A stretch of DNA of 64,000 nucleotides from Spirochaetia bacterium (GTDB lineage Bacteria; Spirochaetota; Spirochaetia; G963692905). The notes below the pieces were generated by a model, which was given only the letters and a program-made list of their open reading frames with translations, had not been told where the DNA came from and searched no databases. Position 1 is the first letter of the stretch; each line of letters starts with the position of its first letter. Both the position numbers and the translations under genes were made by a program. Shown here in pieces: positions 58,201 to 64,000 of this stretch. Location of the stretch: the NCBI GenBank assembly GCA_963692905.1, contig OY843583.1:1407883-1471882 (forward strand). Direction: 5' to 3'.

Positions 58201-59480
58201 AGAAGAGCCTGTTACTTATTACGCAGAGTCAACGGTTAGAAATGCGCAATGGCGCTGAGATCTATGTAAATGAGGGTGATATTGTACCAGAGAATGAACC
58301 GTTAGCTATTTTTGACCCCTTTAGTGAGCCGATTATCGCTGAGCAGAATGGTATAGTAGTCTATATGGATATTATTCTAGGCACCACCCTGCGCGAAGAG
58401 GTTAATCGAGAAACCGGTAATGTGCAAAAGGTTATATCAGAGGAATTGCCAGAGGGGTTACAGCCTCGGATTGTGATTGAGGGCGGCAACGGGAAAGAGT
58501 TGGGATACTATTATCTCCCTGAGTTCTGTAATCTCATGGTGGAAGATGGGCATGAGGTTCGCACTGGGGAAGTCCTGGCTAAGTTGTCTCGGGAAAGCGC
58601 CAAGACCCGAGATATTACTGGAGGCCTACCACGGGTCAGCGAGCTCTTTGAAGCGCGCCGCCCCAAAAATGCAGCAGTGTTGGCACAGGTAGATGGTACT
58701 ATTGATTTTGAGGGGATCCACAAGGGAGCTCGAGTTATCAATATAATTGATGTTTTTGGTATTGCCCATCGCCATCTGGTTCCGCTGGGTCGCCATCTCT
58801 TTGTGCGGGACAAGGATATAGTTAAGGTGGGCGAGAGGTTATGTGAGGGAGCCATGGATCCCCATGCTGTATTGAGTGCGCAGGGTGAGGGAGCGCTACA
58901 ACGTTTTCTGGTAAATCGTATTCAGGAGGTCTATCGTCTGCAGGGGGTAGGCATTAACGATAAGCATATTGGAGTTATCATTCGTCAGATGATGCGCAAA
59001 GTGGAAATTCGCCGGGTTGGTGATACCAAGTTTATCTTTGGTCAGCAGATGGACAAACATAGCTTTCGAGAGGAAAATCTACGGGTAGTTCGGAGTGGTG
59101 GAGAGCCGGCGGTAGCACGGCCGCTACTGTTGGGCATTACCCGCGCCTCGCTCAATATTGAGTCATTTATATCGGCCGCCTCCTTTCAGGAGACTACCCG
59201 CGTCTTAACTGATGCCGCAGTAGCTGGTAAGCTGGACAATCTGCGTGGTCTCAAAGAGAATGTAATTATTGGCCATCAAATCCCGGCGGGTACTGGTATG
59301 TTGCGCTACCGCTCTATGCGGCTTTTTGACTCCAACCATGAAGATCTGGATCAGCGTCTACAGGCGCTACTAGAAGAGCGGCAGCGGCAGAAAGAGTTAG
59401 AGGAGGAGATGGCCAATAATCTCACTAGCGATGTACTAATGGTTGAAGAGGAGAGCGAGGTAGCAGAGAAGCTACAATAG
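55215..59480 (+). CDS. rpoC: DNA-directed RNA polymerase beta' subunit
   Basis: Zn finger CYCGK...CDRCGVEV and catalytic [12 protein letters not shown]. Confidence 0.98.
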   Translation: MKKIQDFDGISIKLASPERIREWSYGEVKKPETINYRTLRPEKDGLFCERIFGTTKEWECYCGKFKSIRYKGVVCDRCGVEVTHFRVRRERMGHIELATPVSHIWYYRSVPSRIGLLLDLTVSALRSVLYYEKYIVIDSGGTDFNKMDLLSEEEYEQARERYGMTFTASIGAESLLTLLEQTDLDQLAITLRDKMNSKRLVNDQRLLKRIELVENFRNSGNRPEWMIFKVIPVLPPELRPMVQLDGGRFATSDLNDLYRRVINRNNRLKRLMALKAPDIIVRNEKRMLQEAVDALFDNSKKRRAVKGSANRALRSLSDLIRGKQGRFRQNLLGKRVDYSGRSVIVPGPDLKLHQCGLPIKMALELFKPFIMKKLVERDVVYNVKRAKMLVDSESPEVWEILDEVIQHHPVLLNRAPTLHRLGIQAFEPILVGGKALRLHPLVCHAYNADFDGDQMAVHVPLTQAAQVESWTLMLSTRNLLNPADGRPIVFPSRDIVLGIYHLTAIKQGANHHVRRFFNIREAIMAREFHLLNYQTPIELYHEGQIIETTIGRVLFNEELPKDIPFINQTLGEDELHDFIATIYQKHGQSATVEVLETIKRLGFQYSTIFGATIGVEDITIPKDKGKMIAGANKLVHTVQEQYRKGHITNEERYNRVVDIWNKTNEELTDVMMQHLQADQGGFNPVYLMAISGARGSRNQIRQLAGMRGLMAKPSGDIIELPIRSNFKEGLSVIEFFISTNGARKGLADTALKTSDAGYLTRRLVDIAQDAVVNEDDCGTINGIEIAALKEGEEIVEPLSDRIRGRYTIERVRHPITNEIMVNVNQEINDELAESIEYAGIESVRIRTELTCESKHGICRLCYGRNLATNRTVEIGEAVGIIAAQSIGQPGTQLTMRTFHIGGTATKAAEESRTYLKYPVFVQGFEGNRVTGANGHQVFTRKGTIVVARILKQFNQEKGDTLLNIKDGQKVFRNQPIFKRGNQEIQAPENAFILTHKKSLLLITQSQRLEMRNGAEIYVNEGDIVPENEPLAIFDPFSEPIIAEQNGIVVYMDIILGTTLREEVNRETGNVQKVISEELPEGLQPRIVIEGGNGKELGYYYLPEFCNLMVEDGHEVRTGEVLAKLSRESAKTRDITGGLPRVSELFEARRPKNAAVLAQVDGTIDFEGIHKGARVINIIDVFGIAHRHLVPLGRHLFVRDKDIVKVGERLCEGAMDPHAVLSAQGEGALQRFLVNRIQEVYRLQGVGINDKHIGVIIRQMMRKVEIRRVGDTKFIFGQQMDKHSFREENLRVVRSGGEPAVARPLLLGITRASLNIESFISAASFQETTRVLTDAAVAGKLDNLRGLKENVIIGHQIPAGTGMLRYRSMRLFDSNHEDLDQRLQALLEERQRQKELEEEMANNLTSDVLMVEEESEVAEKLQ

Positions 59481-59599
59481 CTTAATGGCTGGCTTTTCAC
59501 CTATTCCATTTGTTCTACTATTTTTTAGTTCTATTATTATAGATGGACAGTAGGCGATAAGTGATAACTAACCCACAGTACAGTTAAGTTAATTGGCAG

Positions 59600-60739
59600 T
59601 TAGCGGATAGAGCGTTGGAGCGCCTCTACCTTATCGCATTGCTCCCAAGAGAATTGAGGGCGGCCAAAATGACCAAAGCTGGCAGTAGCACGGTAGATAG
59701 GACGCCGCAAATCAAGGGCTTGAATAATAGCCTCCACTGAAAAGTCAAATACCTCCTGTAATGCTCGCTCCAACAGCGCTATCTCTACCTGCTCAGTATT
59801 AAAGGTCTGTAAAGAAATTGCCACCGGCTCAGGCTCTCCTATGGCGTAGGAAAGCTGTATCTCGCAGCGTTCAGCCAACCCCGCAGCCACCACATTCTTG
59901 GCTGCCTTACGAGCCATATAGGCTGCCGAACGATCTACCTTAGTGGGATCTTTACCGCTACAGGCCCCTCCACCGTGTCGAGAGGCTCCACCATAGCTAT
60001 CCACAATGATCTTGCGCCCAGTGAGACCAACATCGGCCTGTGGCCCTCCAGAGACAAAACGGCCGGTGCGATTAATAAGAAATTGGCTTTGCCTTTCTAA
60101 TAACCCACTCTCGGCTAGGGTGGGCTTAATGATCTGGTCGACGATGAAATCTTGAATGTCTCTGTTGGAAATGGCACTGTTATGTTGTTGACTAAAAACC
60201 ACTGTTGATATCCGCAAAGGTCGGTATCCCTCATATTCTACGGTGACCTGACATTTGCCATCGGGCCCCATCCAGCTATTCTCCGTTTTCCGGCGGAGTT
60301 CAGCGCTGCGCATCATCAGTTTATGAGCATAGATAAGCGGCGCCGGCATCAATTCCGGGCTTTCAGAGCAGGCAAAGCCAAACATCATTCCCTGATCGCC
60401 GGCCCCGCCCAGATCCACACCTTGACTAATATCAGAAGATTGCGGTCGCAGTTGATTGTAGATCTGCATCTTTTGCCAATCCAACCCCCACTGATTGGCG
60501 TAGCCCACCTCTTGCACTACTCCTTTGGCTAGCTGTGCAACATCAAATTGGGGTTGAGGGCTTATTTCTCCGCATACCAGGGCAAAGTCGGCTCCTACGC
60601 AGCACTCGCAGGCCACTCGAGAGAGAGGGTCGGCCGTAAGACAGCTATCCAGTATAGTATCGCTTATCTGATCAGCTAACTTGTCGGGATGGCCATTACT
60701 TACCGATTCAGAGCTAAAGAGATAGCGGGAAGCGGCCAT
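59600..60739 (-). CDS. metK: S-adenosylmethionine synthetase
   Basis: GHPDKLADQISD and GGGAxSGKDPTKVDRSAAY motifs. Confidence 0.95.
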   Translation of the reverse strand: MAASRYLFSSESVSNGHPDKLADQISDTILDSCLTADPLSRVACECCVGADFALVCGEISPQPQFDVAQLAKGVVQEVGYANQWGLDWQKMQIYNQLRPQSSDISQGVDLGGAGDQGMMFGFACSESPELMPAPLIYAHKLMMRSAELRRKTENSWMGPDGKCQVTVEYEGYRPLRISTVVFSQQHNSAISNRDIQDFIVDQIIKPTLAESGLLERQSQFLINRTGRFVSGGPQADVGLTGRKIIVDSYGGASRHGGGACSGKDPTKVDRSAAYMARKAAKNVVAAGLAERCEIQLSYAIGEPEPVAISLQTFNTEQVEIALLERALQEVFDFSVEAIIQALDLRRPIYRATASFGHFGRPQFSWEQCDKVEALQRSIR

Positions 60740-62196
60740 TAATAGCGATAACTCTCTGCTTTGTAGGGTCCCTCAGGGGATACATTAATGTATTGCGCCT
60801 GCTGAGGGGTAAGGGTAGTCAAGGTGGCACCCAGTTTAGGAAGGTGCAGGCGAGCCACCTCCTCGTCACAGGAGCGGGGAAGCGTAGCTACTCCTGAAGC
60901 ATGATTATCGCGCCCCCTCCAGAGCTCTATTTGCGCCATTACCTGATTAGAGAAACTATGCGACATCACAAAGCTAGGATGGCCGGTGGCACAACCTAGA
61001 TTTACCAACCGCCCAGCTGCCAGTAGGTAGACCTTGTTACCCGATGGAAGGTGGATCTGCTCTACCTGGGGCTTTATCTCTTCGCATTGTATCTGGGGGT
61101 GGGTCCGCAGACGCTCAACCTGTATTTCGGTATCAAAATGACCAATATTACAGAGGATAGCCTGATCTTTCATCTTCAGTATATGCTCTAGGGTAATTAC
61201 ATCTCGGTTGCCGGTGGCGGTTACATATATATCGGCGTTCTCCAGCACCTGCTCAATGGTACGTACCTCGTAGCCCTCTAGGGAGGCCTGTAGGGCACAA
61301 ATGGGATCGACCTCGGTAACAATTACCCGCGCATTAAAATTGCGCAGACTTTGCGCGCAGCCCTTTCCCACATCACCGTAGCCGCAGACTACCGCTATCT
61401 TGCCAGCAATCATAATATCGGTAGCTCGCTTAATGCCATCCATTAGACTTTCGCGACAACCATAGAGATTGTCAAATTTACTCTTGGTTATTGCGCTATT
61501 TACATCAATGGCCGGAAAGAGCAAGGTTCCCTGCTGGTGGCGCTCGTAGAGACGCATAACCCCAGTGGTAGTCTCTTCAGAAACCCCGAGCAGCTCCTTC
61601 ACCACGCCATGCCAAAAGCCAGGGTGGCTCTGCTGTATGGCTTGGAGTGTATGCAACAGCGCCGCTTCATCAGGGTTATCGCTCTTTTGCTCTAAAAGTG
61701 CTGGTGCCTCTTCGGCTTCGTATCCTAAGTGCACCATCAGAGTTGCGTCGCCACCATCATCCACAATGAGCTGTGGACCGCCCTCCTCAAAGTTTAAGGC
61801 GGCAAAGAGCAATTCCCAGTATTCCTGGAGGCTCTCATTCTTCCAAGCAAAGACCGGTACGCCATGGGGTCGATCACGAGTCATCCCCACCTGTGGCACT
61901 CCCATTACTAAGGCCGCCGCGGCATGATCCTGGGTAGAGAAGATATTACAGCTAGCCCAGCGCAGCTGCGCGCCTAGCGCCACTAAAGTCTCCACTAAGA
62001 CAGCGGTCTGAATAGTGGTATGCAGCGAGCCGCTTATGCGTACCCCCTTAAGAGGCTGCTCTTGGCGATAACGGCTACGCAGCTCCATGAGGCCTGGCAT
62101 TTCATGCTGAGCCATCTCTATCTCTTTACGACCCCAGTGCGCCAGACCAATATCTTTAATGCGGTAGTCCAGCTCCCTTTTAGCGATGCTAATCAT
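60739..62196 (-). CDS. ahcY: Adenosylhomocysteinase
   Basis: NAD-binding [17 protein letters not shown], and C-terminal tail. TAATG overlap with metK. Confidence 0.95.
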   Translation of the reverse strand: MISIAKRELDYRIKDIGLAHWGRKEIEMAQHEMPGLMELRSRYRQEQPLKGVRISGSLHTTIQTAVLVETLVALGAQLRWASCNIFSTQDHAAAALVMGVPQVGMTRDRPHGVPVFAWKNESLQEYWELLFAALNFEEGGPQLIVDDGGDATLMVHLGYEAEEAPALLEQKSDNPDEAALLHTLQAIQQSHPGFWHGVVKELLGVSEETTTGVMRLYERHQQGTLLFPAIDVNSAITKSKFDNLYGCRESLMDGIKRATDIMIAGKIAVVCGYGDVGKGCAQSLRNFNARVIVTEVDPICALQASLEGYEVRTIEQVLENADIYVTATGNRDVITLEHILKMKDQAILCNIGHFDTEIQVERLRTHPQIQCEEIKPQVEQIHLPSGNKVYLLAAGRLVNLGCATGHPSFVMSHSFSNQVMAQIELWRGRDNHASGVATLPRSCDEEVARLHLPKLGATLTTLTPQQAQYINVSPEGPYKAESYRY

Positions 62197-62325
62197 TGCT
62201 CTAGAGCAATTATGAACTACCAGCGATAGACTGTCAAGTAGCGGCTATAGCTAATAATTAATTGATCTATTTGGACATGATAAAAATAGTGGCCAGAGCG
62301 TGGGCGATAGTTAATATAAAAAAGG

Positions 62326-62730
62326 CTAGGCCTTTTTCGCTTTGCTCCTCCAGGCACCAATTATTAATCCAATAATAATTTGCCGTATCGTCAAGAAAGC
62401 TGAGTCTACTGCTATTGCAGCGGTAGAGGCTCCCAAAAAAATTCCATTGGTGATAACCCCTGGAACAATCATGAAGAGTGTGAATAAAAGACTACACACT
62501 ACATGCTTTCCAACAGTTTTAATCTCTAGCCAGGATGCTAAATAGGCCACCCCTATCACAAAGAGAAACCCCGAAATAAGACTTGCTACACTACCTGCAG
62601 CAAAACTAATTGGAGATTCATTAATCCCCCATCCCGCAGCCCACACAGTGGCAAAGAGTGTGTACCATATAAATCCAAGAATCTGAATCGCAATGGTACT
62701 TACTATAATTGCAGACCATTTAATTTTCAT
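62326..62730 (-). CDS. DUF1761-like small membrane protein
   Basis: Four TM helices. N-terminus MKIKWSAIIVSTIAIQILGFIWYTLF. Start chosen at the internal ATG downstream of the conserved promoter element. Confidence 0.55.
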   Translation of the reverse strand: MKIKWSAIIVSTIAIQILGFIWYTLFATVWAAGWGINESPISFAAGSVASLISGFLFVIGVAYLASWLEIKTVGKHVVCSLLFTLFMIVPGVITNGIFLGASTAAIAVDSAFLTIRQIIIGLIIGAWRSKAKKA

Positions 62731-62760
62731 AAATTTATACTGCAATAGATGTCTCCTTGT

Positions 62761-62896
62761 GTCAAGGGCTTGTATACCCCATTGTAAAAGAAAATTAAAA
62801 ATGTTCCTTTGAAAGAAAGTTGAAAATGTCACTGCTCCTCCAGGTATACTAAAGGAGCATGCAAACAGCAGCACTAGCTATGAGTACCAAAGAGGT
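62761..62896 (-). repeat. Conserved intergenic element E2 (paralog of E1)
   Basis: GAAAGTTGAAAATGTCACTGCTCCTCCAGGTATACT...AGTACCAAAGAGGT is shared with 23104-23214. Confidence 0.7.
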
Positions 62897-62992
62897 GACC
62901 CTATGCTACTTTATGTTTCTTTGGGAATACATGTTCATCCTTGTTTGGTAACCCTCTGGATAGCCCATTGTGCATATAGTCGCAGTGCAAAG

Positions 62993-63655
62993 CTAGTTAC
63001 TGTTGCTATAGTTGCGATACATGCGCTGTAGATAGGGAACAATAGCTTGCTGTACTTCAGCTACTGCAATACTATGGCCGGGATGCACTGTTGCCATTTC
63101 ATTGGCTATTGAGGTGTAGCGATCGGCGCTCATACCGCAGGCCACAATCCATCGGTAATGGCTAAGATTGGGAGCGACATTGAGTGAAAAGCCGTGGCTA
63201 GTAATGCCCTGCTGAATAGCTAGACCCACCGCTGCAATCTTTCTCCCTCCTATCCATACTCCGGGACGATGTTGACGAAGCTGTGCTTCAATGACATATT
63301 CTTGCATTAAGAGGGCCCTAAGCGCCTCTTCTATTTCATGTACCAAAGCTGCTACCCGCCGTATCTGCACCAGCCGTATAATAAGATAGCCAATAAGTTG
63401 TCCAGGCCCGTGGTAGGTGGTCTCACCGCCACGAGATATACGATGTATCTCTACCCCCTCCTGTGCCAAAGTAGCTTGTGGTGCCACAATATCCTGTGGT
63501 GAAGCTCGCCTTCCCTGGGTAATAACCGCCGGATGCTCCAAGAACAGAAGGGTATCTTTAATCTTATTGCGACGGCGTTGCAGCTGAAGCTCCTCTTGCA
63601 GAGATAATGCCTCCTTATATGGCATCAGACCCAAGCTACGGATATGCAACATCAA
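62993..63655 (-). CDS. lipB: Octanoyltransferase LipB
   Basis: RGGETTYHGPGQL motif and the KIAAVG lysine region. Confidence 0.9.
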   Translation of the reverse strand: MMLHIRSLGLMPYKEALSLQEELQLQRRRNKIKDTLLFLEHPAVITQGRRASPQDIVAPQATLAQEGVEIHRISRGGETTYHGPGQLIGYLIIRLVQIRRVAALVHEIEEALRALLMQEYVIEAQLRQHRPGVWIGGRKIAAVGLAIQQGITSHGFSLNVAPNLSHYRWIVACGMSADRYTSIANEMATVHPGHSIAVAEVQQAIVPYLQRMYRNYSNSN

Positions 63656-64000
63656 GGGCGCAGGCGGTTACGGTCACGCGGGAAGAGAGTTGCCTCTTTT
63701 ATATTGGTAAGATTAAGGAGCTTCTGAGTAAGGCGCTCTAATCCAATGGCAAAACCACCATGCGGTGGACAGCCATACTTGAATATAGTGAGATAATCTG
63801 CTACATCCTTTTCTTGCATGTTAAACTTAGACAGTGCTGCCAGCAGTGTATCATAATGGTGAATACGCATGCCGCCAGTGGTTATCTCTAATCCCCGAAA
63901 AATGCAATCAAAACTGCGGGTGCGGCGACCCTCAAAGGCAGTATAAAAGGGACGTTTCTTGCGAGGGAAAGAGTGCACAAAGAGAGCTTCAATACCATGC
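63652..64000 (-). CDS. Class IIb aminoacyl-tRNA synthetase C-terminus (type-2 AspRS / AsnRS-like); 5' part lies beyond the window
   Basis: Motif 3 region GCPPHGGFAIGLERL and the terminal FPRDRNRLRP. Confidence 0.75.
   Translation of the reverse strand, partial: HGIEALFVHSFPRKKRPFYTAFEGRRTRSFDCIFRGLEITTGGMRIHHYDTLLAALSKFNMQEKDVADYLTIFKYGCPPHGGFAIGLERLTQKLLNLTNIKEATLFPRDRNRLRP

Noticed and set aside
62197-62325. SAM/SAH riboswitch upstream of ahcY-metK
   Set aside because: The predicted promoter (TTGACA-17-CATAAT on the minus strand) leaves a leader of only about 13 nt, which is too short for a riboswitch.

Overview
This is a 64 kb bacterial chromosomal segment. All calls come from motif recognition by eye, with no database search. 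The DnaK, EF-G and lipoprotein sequence style hints at a spirochaete-like lineage, but that is low-confidence inference.

Core backbone genes:
- a glycan-utilisation trio (GH3, CBM9-like, exported GH-A enzyme)
- lpdA and gltA
- grpE-dnaK-dnaJ
- a TrmH-family methyltransferase, a GNAT, a CrtI-like oxidoreductase and miaA
- dnaX-ybaB-recR
- lplA and an EF-G paralog
- hisH-hisF
- sdhB-sucC-sucD-sucA and birA
- the rpmG / tRNA-Trp / secE / nusG / rplKAJL / rpoBC cluster
- metK-ahcY, lipB and a partial aspS

Accessory content, which is the interesting part:
1. An AT-rich island at about 9.4-14.6 kb. It holds a beta-class DNA methyltransferase fused to a T5orf172/GIY-YIG-like domain and two tandem promoter/structured-RNA/terminator modules that show compensatory base changes. 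It also holds a truncated primase-like gene, a merF-like plus GDCCVxC-like mini-cassette and an rve-type IS. These parts are stitched together by a repeat whose conserved core always ends 4 nt before a sigma70-like -35 box. The same core sits at 25.3 kb, and possibly in degenerate form at 37.2 kb.
2. A family of surface lipoprotein genes with RCC1-repeat, beta-propeller-repeat and RTX-repeat bodies. They share a promoter, a structured leader and an N-terminal module. Two members carry long (AG)n tracts inside the 5' coding extension that put them out of frame here, which is candidate phase variation.
3. An EcoRI-like restriction-modification remnant next to an IS1595 relic.
4. An AT-rich, translationally coupled metzincin lipoprotein / beta-barrel / Cys-rich lipoprotein operon inserted between hisF and sdhB.

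No CRISPR array or rRNA gene was seen, and only one tRNA gene was found.
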